From a virus, in the IMG/VR virus record IMGVR_UViG_3300048113_001121, positions 134,835 through 198,834 of that record: a stretch of DNA of 64,000 nucleotides. One strand, written 5' to 3'. A program made the translations under genes and the position numbers. The notes beneath the pieces are model-generated. The model ran no database searches. It had not been told where the DNA came from and worked only from the letters and a program-made list of their open reading frames with translations. Shown here in pieces: positions 41,721 to 50,354 of this stretch. How positions within the stretch are numbered: position 1 is the first letter of the stretch; each line of letters begins with the position of its first letter.

Positions 41721-41978
41721 ACCTTTCCAACCACCAGTGTCCGTAATAGAACCAACACTATTAAATGCTACGTCATTACCTAAGATAATAGAACCTTTAA
41801 CATTTAACCTATCTTCATCAATAACAACTAAAGCATCACCATGTGTTGCACCTGAAAAAGTTAGACGACCGTCATTGTGAACATTTAATGAAATAGTATC
41901 ACCATTAGTGTTCTCAAAAATAATATAAGGAAGTGTCGTACCTGTTGGTTGTGGTACTATTATAATGTTTTTAGCCAT
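38001..41978 (-). CDS. giant collagen-like fibre protein A with C-terminal peptidase S74 chaperone
   Basis: ~85-aa N-domain, ~1,130 aa Gly-[35 protein letters not shown]; TATTTAT at 42009-42015. Confidence 0.92.
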   Translation of the reverse strand: MAKNIIIVPQPTGTTLPYIIFENTNGDTISLNVHNDGRLTFSGATHGDALVVIDEDRLNVKGSIILGNDVAFNSVGSITDTGGWKGSTQGLKGNHGVDGDKGLKGVQGPVGPTANRGTSVDGPQGDKGRKGLKGLKGRFGTIGTSWAFQNDGDKGLKGPQGPTSTEVGPKGEKGNRGVQGEEGIKGAIGDKASQGPVGLQGSNSDKGIVGDKGNKGLKGPQGPKGVKGIEGEKGKKGSLGPQGPVSQSGSSADKGLKGLKGLQGTKGPKGIQGTQGLQGPIASVGSQGPIGPKGPTGEKGIKGLIGVKGLKGVKGLKGVKGHKGLIAVSGDNGQQGPTGAQGPIGYKGDKGLKGLQGTKGPKGIKGPQASTTTQGPQGPQGLQGITSTDKGIKGQKGLKGVKGLKGLKPNRGTQGGIGTQASQGPTGPTGPKGDDKGQKGLKGIKGLKGNRGPQGPQGAIGNQGSIASTGDKGIKGVVGPTPFKGLKGLKGNKGLKGPKNSQGPQGPTGNQASIGDKGNRGATSTDKGLKGPKGLKGIEGPKGPIGLQGPQSSTGTVGEQGPQGDQGPQGPTSTDKGIKGQKGLKGLTGGRGPQGSDGVRGGKGPQGPTGNRGNIGVSSDKGNRGPQSEEKGLKGPQGDRGSQSTDKGQKGPQGSRGSQAAQGPTGPASTDRGPVGNRGQQGKQSTDKGQKGPQGPQGDQAAAGPTGPQGPTNDTKGHKGLKGLKGVKGNRGSQGPRGPQGATSTVKGYKGITSTTKGIKGQKGYKGPKGPRGSVGNRGAQGATSIVKGAKGPNNSEKGLKGLKGLKGPKGNRGNQGPQGVRGANSTVKGFKGIDNTTKGPKGLKGVKGNRGNQGSQGPQGPRGSASTTQGPKGPTNNTKGQKGAVGDSGIKGDKGIRGPQGPRGNDSTVKGLKGQPSTEKGLKGLKGPKGPKGNRGNQGPQGSRGNDSTVKGPIGPSSSERGLQGVKGLKGRKGPKGRKGIKGPQGSQSTDKGQKGFIGTDKGLKGLQGSKGPKGNRGPQGSQGPRGLQSTDKGIKGYKGPRGSNGPTGPGGSNGSGGPTGPTGGGGSNGPTGPQGPAGTEKGLKGLKGLKGPIEKQGSQGPIGPQGNTSTVKGPTGPIGNDLGPTGPTGPQGPASTDKGPIGPKGPTSTVKGVKGLRGPIGSTGPRGGQGTSGPQGPTGPQGPAGSGGATGPTGGQGPKGPKGPRGLQGPQGLQGPASDKRLKNNIKSLKGNLSKLKLIDGVKFTWKGGSTKFENNYGEDFGFIAQDIEKVIPEVVFNSESGYLKLEYGKLVAIGIGSIQEQNTRIENITDRINILKSKILNG

Positions 41979-42117
41979 TGGTGCAATTCAAAGGGTTTAT
42001 CTTATTTTATAAATACTCACAAAAAAGTTTATTATTCATTTTAAATACCGATTTGTATTTATCATTCAAGTTTTTTTTTATATAATACATTTAATAAATA
42101 TTTAAAAGTCATTTAAT

Positions 42118-42984
42118 ATGCCGAACTACATAGTACAAACTTATTCAAGAGGTGAAGACTTAACTAATCTATTAGTTAATAAGGTAATTCTTGAGATAGA
42201 AAAAGAAACTAAAAATCATAAAACAAACATACAAGTAATAAACAACAGTAACTTTATAGTGGTGAGAGGAAATACCACACATAAAACACCAATTAACTTA
42301 TCTAAATTATTTATATCATATTATAAAACACTCTTTAGTAGTGATATAAATTTAAATGTTGTTGACCTTATCGAATATGACACACCTGTTGAGGAAGAAT
42401 CGATTTATTTTAAAAAAACATATACTAAAGATGAGTTATCCGATTCAATAAAAAAACAAACCTATTTAGATACGTTAAATAATAAGCACTACAGGTTTAC
42501 CGCTTGTACTGATTTAAACATTGTATTTACTGCAAATGATTTTAATGAAGATATCATAAGTGATGTGTTAAATAATTTTGAGGATTATAAAATTTTAAAA
42601 AATAATTCTTCTGTTGAAACTTTTAAATCATCACAACATTACGGTAAAAACTTAAAAACATCTAAACTTTTTGAGTCGTACTTTAACTACATTGTTTATA
42701 ATATATTTGAGAGAGGATTATGTCGTGACTTAACCGTTGAATTTTTTACAGACGCTAAGTTTGACACAATTAATTGGGAGAATATATCACTTAAAGTTAC
42801 CTCAGACAGTTTAATGACAAGTAATGAGTGGTTAGAATCTTTAATTTTAGATTTATTTACATTTAAACCTGATGAAATAATTAAGAGGTGGGATTTGAAT
42901 GAGTATGATTTCTCAGAAGAAATCATAAGTCATTTTAATATATGGAAAGTAAAAGATAAAGTAGGTGAAATGATATTATTTTAA
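42118..42984 (+). CDS. degenerate S-adenosylmethionine synthetase (MetK)-like protein
   Basis: [14 protein letters not shown]..S...Y..[19 protein letters not shown] and F.[12 protein letters not shown] echo MetK N- and C-domains; catalytic GHPDK/GAGDQG/GGGAFSGKD absent. Confidence 0.5.
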   Translation: [288 protein letters not shown]

Positions 42985-43260
42985 ATATCGTTTCACCTTA
43001 ACCAAAGCTTCGTCTAAATCTTCAAAGTCATCATCAGGTACCAGTAATTTTATGTTAGATGTTTTGTCACCTTTTTCAACAGTCAATAACATAAACGCAG
43101 GAATAAACTCACTATCCGTAGCCTGAACAAATAAGTCGTATTCATTTTTAAAGACATCTATATCTCTTGGTGTAAACTCAATTTTAGAGTCCTTTAACAT
43201 TTTTTTCATATCATCACAGTGACGACAACCTTTCATGGTGTAAACTATAACTTTTTTCAT
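42976..43260 (-). CDS. glutaredoxin-like protein
   Basis: VIVYTMKGCRHC (CxxC), FIPAF cis-Pro loop. Confidence 0.8.
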   Translation of the reverse strand: MKKVIVYTMKGCRHCDDMKKMLKDSKIEFTPRDIDVFKNEYDLFVQATDSEFIPAFMLLTVEKGDKTSNIKLLVPDDDFEDLDEALVKVKRYLK

Positions 43261-45014
43261 TTTAATATCATTCTATTATTAATAACTATTGCGTCAACAT
43301 CACTATTATTAAATAAATCAATAGCGTCCTCTATTGTTTCAACTATTGGTTGACCGTTTATATTTAAAGAAGTGTTAAGTACCATAGGAATATTGGTATG
43401 TTTTTCAACTTCTCTTATCAACTCATAATAAGTTGGATTATCTTTTTGATTAACTGTTTGAACTCTAGCAGTACCGTCAACATGAGTAATGGATGGTACT
43501 AAGTCAGGTTTTTTAACAGGACATGTATATAACATAAAAGGTGATGGAACATCAATATCAAAATACTCCTGACAGTTTTCTTCAGTAACCGATGGTGCAA
43601 ATGGTCTAAACCATTCTCTAAATTTAATTCTAGCGTTTAAGATATCTTTCATATTAGGGTCAACAGGATTAGCTATAAATGAACGATTACCTAACGCTCT
43701 TGGTCCAAATTCTGAACCTCCTTGAAACCACGCAATAATTTTAGATTCACTAATCATTTTAGAGATTACCTTCACATCATATTTCTCACCAATAGTTTCA
43801 TTAGTATATTTTTTACCCGTATAAACAATTTCTGAATTACTATACTCTTTATTATCATTACCTAAAATATGATGATAAGAATAAAGTGTAGAACCAACAG
43901 ATAACCCATCATCACCTGAAGCGGGATATATGTAAATGTTTTTAAATTTACTTTCTTTAAGTATTTTATAATTAACATTACAGTTTAAAAATGAACCACC
44001 CGCCAAACATAAATTACCACCATTATAACCTTTTGTTAATTCGTATAATTCATCAACAAACATCAGAACTATTTTTTCAAAAATATATTGTACTGAAGAT
44101 GCTAAGTCCATACCCTTTACCGTATCAACTTCTGAATTAGTTAGTATTGTTCTATTACCACTAAACTTAGGTTTTTCTTTATATAATACATTATCTTTTT
44201 CTATCCAACCCCTATAGGTATGTGGGGGTAATCCCGATAATTTAGAACCCATTATATAATAAAACTCTAAATCACCTGAACTTAATTTACCGTTATTATT
44301 AATTATAAAATCCTTCCATTGATTAATAGCTATTTCATTGGGTTTACCAAATGATGATAATCCCATCAACGTTCCAGCTTTAGTTAATCCAGGACCTATC
44401 GATAACCAATCAGTCATTTTGTCATAAAAAACACCAACTAAAGTATTAGGTGCCCCTAAAATTTCTAATCTATCATTACTACCGTAATGGTAAGACCCAC
44501 TTTTTTCAGGATATTCACCCGAAGCGTCTAATGTCATTATGACAGATTTTTTAAATGGTGATGTGTAAAAAGATGATGCAGCATGTGCAGTTTGATGATT
44601 TACTAAGTAACCTTTTTTTACATAGTGACCCTCTAAAACCACATTAATATTTATGAAAGGGAATGACTCCCTATCTGTAGTTGGTGTCACTAACCAATTA
44701 TCATTAAATATATCATACCCATGTTTGGTTAGAGGTGGGAGTTCACCTTTAAATGGACTATCTTCATCTTTATCTAAATAAATTTCTATAAATCCGTTTG
44801 AGTTCCATTTATCGTACCCCCCAACACTTATATAGTCAACTTCATCAAATGAAATATTAGAATCACTTAAAACATAATCTATCGCTACCCAATCAATGTA
44901 AGAAGTTTTTTTAAGTCTATAAATTCTTTCACATGATATAGATGAAATAACTTTACCATCTTTTAAAAGTGAAACTGAAGCATCATGACCTAAATTTAAC
45001 CCTAATATAATCAT
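43257..45014 (-). CDS. O-carbamoyltransferase (NodU/CmcH/TobZ family)
   Basis: LGHDASV, HQTAHAAS, GTLMGL, LAGGSFLN, GDDG, FGPRALGNRS, FREWFRPFAP, HVDGTARVQ, LNTSLN. Confidence 0.95.
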   Translation of the reverse strand: MIILGLNLGHDASVSLLKDGKVISSISCERIYRLKKTSYIDWVAIDYVLSDSNISFDEVDYISVGGYDKWNSNGFIEIYLDKDEDSPFKGELPPLTKHGYDIFNDNWLVTPTTDRESFPFININVVLEGHYVKKGYLVNHQTAHAASSFYTSPFKKSVIMTLDASGEYPEKSGSYHYGSNDRLEILGAPNTLVGVFYDKMTDWLSIGPGLTKAGTLMGLSSFGKPNEIAINQWKDFIINNNGKLSSGDLEFYYIMGSKLSGLPPHTYRGWIEKDNVLYKEKPKFSGNRTILTNSEVDTVKGMDLASSVQYIFEKIVLMFVDELYELTKGYNGGNLCLAGGSFLNCNVNYKILKESKFKNIYIYPASGDDGLSVGSTLYSYHHILGNDNKEYSNSEIVYTGKKYTNETIGEKYDVKVISKMISESKIIAWFQGGSEFGPRALGNRSFIANPVDPNMKDILNARIKFREWFRPFAPSVTEENCQEYFDIDVPSPFMLYTCPVKKPDLVPSITHVDGTARVQTVNQKDNPTYYELIREVEKHTNIPMVLNTSLNINGQPIVETIEDAIDLFNNSDVDAIVINNRMILK

Positions 45015-45335
45015 CTACAATATATTGTTTGCCATTTCAATTATTTGATTCTCTTGAACTAAACCTATTTTTGTTTCAACATTTTTACCTTCGTTGAAAG
45101 CCAACAATGCAGGTATTGAACGAACACCTAATTTTGCAGACATTTGATTATCAGACTCAATGTTAAATTTATATAGATTAACTTGATGACCTTCACTTGT
45201 CATTTTCTTATCTACACTTTCAATTATTCTTGATAACATTCTACATGGTCCACACCAATCAGCATACATATCTACTATAAATTTTTCACCACTATTAATT
45301 TTTTCCTGTAATTCTTCCGAGTTTAATATTCTCAT
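45015..45335 (-). CDS. trxA: thioredoxin
   Basis: DMYADWCGPC, GVRSIP. Confidence 0.93.
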   Translation of the reverse strand: MRILNSEELQEKINSGEKFIVDMYADWCGPCRMLSRIIESVDKKMTSEGHQVNLYKFNIESDNQMSAKLGVRSIPALLAFNEGKNVETKIGLVQENQIIEMANNIL

Positions 45336-45336
45336 C

Positions 45337-45705
45337 TTATATTGTTTTTAAATTTTTATAACTTCTTAAAAAGAAAATCATACCGTCTGATGATTCTTCT
45401 TTACAAATCGTATAGAACTTATAAGTATTTTCGTCCTTCCTTTTAATGAAATATAAGTAATTAAAAGTTTCCGAAAACCTTATAAGTCCTTCCTTTAATA
45501 TTACTTGACCACCATTAAATAATTTGTGTGACCAAATAATCTCATTTTTTTCTAACATTCGGTTTAAAGCCTCATGAGTGTAAAACTCAGTTTCAATAAC
45601 TGTTGATAAAGTATGAGCACCTTTACCAATTAGATTATTAACGTGAGTTAATACTTCTTTAGGTAAAAGATACTCTTCTTTATTATTTTGGTTATTATTT
45701 TCCAT
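45337..45705 (-). CDS. hypothetical protein
   Basis: operon-packed ORF. Confidence 0.55.
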   Translation of the reverse strand: MENNNQNNKEEYLLPKEVLTHVNNLIGKGAHTLSTVIETEFYTHEALNRMLEKNEIIWSHKLFNGGQVILKEGLIRFSETFNYLYFIKRKDENTYKFYTICKEESSDGMIFFLRSYKNLKTI

Positions 45706-46841
45706 TACTCAACATCCCTATCTAACGGTTCAGTCAAAACCATTTCTTTAACTTCATCACTTACTTTTACATCACTATACATATTGTGTAGAGTTTTATA
45801 CAACTCTTCCGCGTGGTTAATAGATTCATCAATAATATTAATTATTCGGTAAGGGTCAGCATTTGATGCTGGTCTTCTATCTTCAACATATCCTTTCCAT
45901 TCTTTTTCAGTCGATATTGGGACTCTAATTGACGCTCCTCGGTCAGAAACACCCCAACTAAATTTATGAATTGATTGTGTTTCGTGGTCACCGGTTAATC
46001 TCATATCATTAGACGAACCATAACACTTAATATGTTCCATATGTCTCGATTCAAACGTCTTAAATATAGCATCAAAATATTGCTTTCCACCTTCTTCTCT
46101 CATTTTTGTATTTGAGAAATTACAATGTAATCCAGAACCATTCCAATCACCAGTAACAGGTTTAGGGTGATATTCAATATTAAATCCATAGTCCTCAGAC
46201 ATTTGATTTAATATGTATCTTGATATCCACAAGTCATCACCTGACTTTAATTTACCTTTACCTAGTACTTGATATTCCCATTGACCTAACATTACCTCAG
46301 CATTTGTACCTGTAACCTCAATTCCCGCCATGATACAATTTTCCATATGTTGCTCAACAAAAAGTCTACCATTAACTTGACCATTACCCACACCACAATA
46401 GTATTTACCTTGTGGTTCAGGAAAACCATCTTTAGGGAAACCAATCGGTTTTCCATCTTTCATAATAGTATATTCTTGTTCAAATCCAAACCATAAATTA
46501 GTTTCGTTTTCATCACCTATTAGTGCTCTCGTGTTTGAGTCGTGTGGTGAGCCGTCAGGATTGAGTACCTCACAAAAAACAAGATAAGAATCCAACACAC
46601 CTTTATTAAGTGGGTTAGGATATAACCTAACAGGATTTAAAGTACAGTCTGAAAAATTACCTTCAGCTTGTTTAGTGGAAGAACCATCAAATCCCCATTG
46701 AGGGCAATCATTTAATGAAACTCCATGTAATTTCTTACCTTTTACTTCATGTAATTTAGCGTCTACTACTTTTACCTTACTTCTTAGGTTTGGTTCAGGA
46801 CTATACCCGTCCAACCATATATATTCTAACTTTATCTTCAT
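45705..46841 (-). CDS. glnII: glutamine synthetase type II
   Basis: LEYIWLDG, WGFDGSST, FEQEY, NAEVMLGQWEYQ, HPKP..GDWNGSGLHCNFS, RLTGDHET, RGASIR, EDRRPASN. Confidence 0.95.
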   Translation of the reverse strand: MKIKLEYIWLDGYSPEPNLRSKVKVVDAKLHEVKGKKLHGVSLNDCPQWGFDGSSTKQAEGNFSDCTLNPVRLYPNPLNKGVLDSYLVFCEVLNPDGSPHDSNTRALIGDENETNLWFGFEQEYTIMKDGKPIGFPKDGFPEPQGKYYCGVGNGQVNGRLFVEQHMENCIMAGIEVTGTNAEVMLGQWEYQVLGKGKLKSGDDLWISRYILNQMSEDYGFNIEYHPKPVTGDWNGSGLHCNFSNTKMREEGGKQYFDAIFKTFESRHMEHIKCYGSSNDMRLTGDHETQSIHKFSWGVSDRGASIRVPISTEKEWKGYVEDRRPASNADPYRIINIIDESINHAEELYKTLHNMYSDVKVSDEVKEMVLTEPLDRDVE

Positions 46842-46842
46842 A

Positions 46843-47442
46843 TTATTCTGTTTCTGTTAATTCTTCAATTGGTTCACCATCAGTTATTACTAACTCGTGA
46901 CATAACCCCAATAGAGATTGTTGATTTTCATATAGACTCTCATAGAATTCTTGAGATACATCATCGTACTTTTCATCATCCCAATCCATATCCTCAAGCG
47001 GATTTTCAATATCATTGTCTTCTTCTTCCCAAATACATGGTGTACCATCTCTATCTTTTTTAATCACAATTGCACCAATCGGACTGTAAGTTTCATCTTC
47101 GTATGTCACTTCAATTTCTACATTCTCATCTAATGTAACACACAGGTTATATAGATGGATGAAAAATTGTTTTGGTGGATACCAAGCAGATTCAATAGAA
47201 AACTCCCCATCGTTTTGAACATCATACAATGTGGTCCATTTAGAACCTAAATTTTCATTAGACCATGTGTTTAAGACACTACGGTCTTCAGTTAATTCAA
47301 CATCATTATAAAATGCTGTTGCGAATGCGGTAATAGGACTGTCACTATCATTATTATTAACATTATCTACCATTGAATCAATTAGTTTAATTGACTCATC
47401 GTTACCTTTAATGGTAACAAAACTTTTTAAATTATTTGCCAT
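46843..47442 (-). CDS. YubB/Api92-like ferredoxin-fold protein
   Basis: W..ENLGSKW and F.IESAWYPP motifs. Confidence 0.55.
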   Translation of the reverse strand: MANNLKSFVTIKGNDESIKLIDSMVDNVNNNDSDSPITAFATAFYNDVELTEDRSVLNTWSNENLGSKWTTLYDVQNDGEFSIESAWYPPKQFFIHLYNLCVTLDENVEIEVTYEDETYSPIGAIVIKKDRDGTPCIWEEEDNDIENPLEDMDWDDEKYDDVSQEFYESLYENQQSLLGLCHELVITDGEPIEELTETE

Positions 47443-47446
47443 ATCT

Positions 47447-47650
47447 TTATTCTTCTATTAATTCAGGCCACTCGGTGTCCTCTAATACTTTATCTCTTAC
47501 CAAATCAAAATCATCCACTACTTCATCATGAACTTCATCTTGGAGGTCATCATCTCCACTTTTCCATCTCTTAACTTGGTCCTCTGTTAATTCTTCTGTG
47601 TCTTCCCAACGAACTGTTGTGATAATCACTTTTCTTCTTAGTTTTGCCAT
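47447..47650 (-). CDS. small acidic hypothetical protein
   Basis: operon-packed ORF. Confidence 0.55.
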   Translation of the reverse strand: MAKLRRKVIITTVRWEDTEELTEDQVKRWKSGDDDLQDEVHDEVVDDFDLVRDKVLEDTEWPELIEE

Positions 47651-47695
47651 TTTCTTTTTTATTTATTATTATTCGTTTATTCTTGTTTAGACATT

Positions 47696-47974
47696 TTAGC
47701 TCACCTTTTCTTTTCGGCGACTTTTCCAATCTCTATCCATTTTATTTACCCTATGTTTATTAGTTGACTTAGTATTAGGAAACCGACTAAAGTTACCCAT
47801 TCCGTCCATGTCCATTTCATCCCCCTTAGGTTCTACCATTTGACCATGTCTATCGTAATAATTAGGGTAGTTTTCTTCTCTTTGTTTTCTAGCCCCGTAG
47901 AATATATTCCAAATTGTAAAGTAGATATAAGCCCCAAAAATAACTCCACCAACTATAAAGAATGCTAAATTCAT
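47696..47974 (-). CDS. small membrane protein (start revised to MNLAFF)
   Basis: single TM then hydrophilic tail containing DxDGMGN; the upstream extension overlaps another gene. Confidence 0.55.
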   Translation of the reverse strand: MNLAFFIVGGVIFGAYIYFTIWNIFYGARKQREENYPNYYDRHGQMVEPKGDEMDMDGMGNFSRFPNTKSTNKHRVNKMDRDWKSRRKEKVS

Positions 47975-48150
47975 GTTGTACGTCTTTGTCTGATTACTAT
48001 CGCAAATAGGAGGATAGTTCCTGGCCAATGCGCTGAGTATTGGGCCTCTTCTGTGTAACCAGCCAATCCTAAACCTACCGAATATAGTAGACACATAAAT
48101 GCAAAGATTACTGGGTACCAGCTCTGAAAAAATTTACTTATCTTTTTCAT
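47971..48150 (-). CDS. small two-TM protein (start revised to MKKISK)
   Basis: WYPVIFAFMCLLYSVGLGL...EEAQYSAHWPGTILLFAI. Confidence 0.6.
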   Translation of the reverse strand: MKKISKFFQSWYPVIFAFMCLLYSVGLGLAGYTEEAQYSAHWPGTILLFAIVIRQRRTT

Positions 48151-48163
48151 TTTTATCATTTTT

Positions 48164-48538
48164 TTAATATTCGTTTTCTCCGTATGCCAATGCTTGAAAT
48201 CCACCGGTCTTTGTCCACTCTTCATTTGGTACACCTACTTGAATAGATTCATCACATCCCTTAGTACGAGAATCGAAGAACTCATTTTCAACATAAGCTT
48301 CTTCCATACATAAATCATATACGGCATCCTCACCATAAACTTCTTTATTAGTTTCATTCTCATAGAATTCGTATTCATTCCACACTTCGTTTTGTAGATA
48401 GTTTACCAATTCTTGTTCTGAATCACCTTCATATGGTGGTACACACTTTCTTAATGCATCTACGTTAACCTCAATAGGTTTACTTGCTGATGAGATTGTC
48501 CAAGTCTCAATTTTACGGACATAAATTTTTTCTGACAT
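48164..48538 (-). CDS. acidic hypothetical protein
   Basis: ORF with upstream TTG-N..-TATAATTT promoter-like site. Confidence 0.55.
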   Translation of the reverse strand: MSEKIYVRKIETWTISSASKPIEVNVDALRKCVPPYEGDSEQELVNYLQNEVWNEYEFYENETNKEVYGEDAVYDLCMEEAYVENEFFDSRTKGCDESIQVGVPNEEWTKTGGFQALAYGENEY

Positions 48539-48588
48539 ATTTTTATTTATTAGATTTAATTTAACTCACTAAATTATAATCATAAAAA

Positions 48589-48611
48589 AAGAGGTAGTCA
48601 ACCTACCTCTT
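48589..48611. terminator. hairpin flanked by A and T runs (possible bidirectional terminator)
   Basis: AAGAGGTAG-TCAAC-CTACCTCTT. Confidence 0.65.
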
Positions 48612-48624
48612 AATTTTTTTTACC

Positions 48625-50313
48625 TTAAAATGGTAAATCGATATTAACTGTGTCATTAATTTCATCTTCATTATCCCACCTAAGAATAACTCCATCGTAT
48701 TTAGACTTTCTGGTTATAACCCTACCACTTCTATAAACTTTAGAAAGTTCAGGTGTTTTTAATATATCACTTCGATATAGTGAATTTATCTTATCATCTA
48801 AAATCTCTAACGTTGTGTCCCACATAGTAGTTAATTTACTATTTTTACCGCCAAGTGATTGTACCCTTTTTAATGTGTTACCGATAAATCGATATTCTAT
48901 CGTAGCCCGTACTTTACTATCTTCACTACCAACCCTCAATGAAATAATAATATTATTTGGGTTTTCAACATAAGTTCTAACGCAATTATTTTGAGTTTGC
49001 GATTCTTCATTGTAATCGTTGGTAGTCATTAATACTTTAGGGTAATATTCAACACCAACTAAATCGGTAACGCTACCTTCAATTAAACTTACAACTCCGT
49101 CCCCATAATATCTAGTGACAACACCTTTTCTATACGATTGTAGTAGTTCAGACACATCATAGTGTTCATTATTAAATTGTTCAATATCTTTAAATTTAAC
49201 TTTAAACTTATGTCCGTGTTTATCTTCTAATTCTTTAACCATGTTAAAGTGTTCGATAAGTGAATGTAGGTTTAATCCGTTATTTAAAACATTAACAATA
49301 TTTTGTTTATGAAAATTACTCGTCTCTAAATTGACTTTTTCAACTTTAAAGTTTGAGGAAAAATGAAGATTACTTTTAACAAATACGCTACTATTAACTT
49401 TGTTAAAGTAATCCACACCAAGTAAAGTATACACTTTATTTAAGACTTCAAAATCTAAATCATGACCGACATTTAAAATCTTACGAATTTTTCTACCATT
49501 TAATTCATTAACATTCATATATAAAGAAACTAAATTGGTTTGTTTTCTTAATAATTTTTTAGGTATCGATAACTGAACATATTCTCTATAGTTATTAGGG
49601 TATTTAAATTTATTGGTCTCCAAATATAGTTGGAAAAATTTAACCTCATAATCTTTACCTCTTATATCTTTATTGACGCCACATCTTTCTTTAATTCTAC
49701 TTAAAAAAATATCCATAATATCGTTAGAGTGCTCACACCTATCGCTATATTTCTTTGTAACCTGCCATGAAAGTTTTGAGTTTTCTTTAGGGACTCTTTT
49801 AGAAAAGTTATTGTTACGTAATTCGTTATCTCTTAAATGTCTCCTTATTTCTAAATTTAAAGAACTGAAAACATGACCGGTGAAGTCGTTAACTCTAACT
49901 TTTTTACTTAATATTTTTTTATTTTTTTTACTTATAGTACCCGAATAAAAATTATTATATTTAAAATTATATGTTATGTAGGTAAGGTATTTTCGAACCC
50001 TGAAGTAAGATGACCCAACTCGTCTAATTCTTTCCGTTTGATATACCTTACATGAAATTTTATTAGGATACTCTTCAACAACTATTGTTACTTTTTCTGA
50101 ACTAACCTTAGATGACGTATTACCATAATTGGATTTGAATTCTTCCTCAGAAACTTTATCAGTTTCGAATTCTTTCCAATACCCGTATTTATTTTCATTT
50201 AATCTTTTAACGTATTCTATGACAGTATTATCACCTATCTCATTACACGTATGGTATTTAGTAACCAAATACGTGTCGATAACTTTTTTATAATGTAATG
50301 TCTTTTTATCCAC
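48625..50313 (-). CDS. PcfJ-like domain protein (probably leaderless, GTG start)
   Basis: C-terminal EESQTQNNCVRTY....IISLR...RATIEY..QSLG.KN; TACATTTG 4 nt upstream of GTG. Confidence 0.7.
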   Translation of the reverse strand: MDKKTLHYKKVIDTYLVTKYHTCNEIGDNTVIEYVKRLNENKYGYWKEFETDKVSEEEFKSNYGNTSSKVSSEKVTIVVEEYPNKISCKVYQTERIRRVGSSYFRVRKYLTYITYNFKYNNFYSGTISKKNKKILSKKVRVNDFTGHVFSSLNLEIRRHLRDNELRNNNFSKRVPKENSKLSWQVTKKYSDRCEHSNDIMDIFLSRIKERCGVNKDIRGKDYEVKFFQLYLETNKFKYPNNYREYVQLSIPKKLLRKQTNLVSLYMNVNELNGRKIRKILNVGHDLDFEVLNKVYTLLGVDYFNKVNSSVFVKSNLHFSSNFKVEKVNLETSNFHKQNIVNVLNNGLNLHSLIEHFNMVKELEDKHGHKFKVKFKDIEQFNNEHYDVSELLQSYRKGVVTRYYGDGVVSLIEGSVTDLVGVEYYPKVLMTTNDYNEESQTQNNCVRTYVENPNNIIISLRVGSEDSKVRATIEYRFIGNTLKRVQSLGGKNSKLTTMWDTTLEILDDKINSLYRSDILKTPELSKVYRSGRVITRKSKYDGVILRWDNEDEINDTVNIDLPF

Positions 50314-50354
50314 AACACAAATGTAGTTAAAATAAAGGAATAAAAAAAGAGGAA

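Noticed and set aside
28716-41978. CRISPR-like periodicity
   Set aside because: Repeats are in-frame codon repeats with no constant repeat/unique spacer structure; no cas genes
47975-48234. Long N-terminal extensions of track ORFs 47696-48094 and 47971-48234
   Set aside because: They overlap neighbouring genes; downstream ATGs at 47974 and 48150 give normal packing
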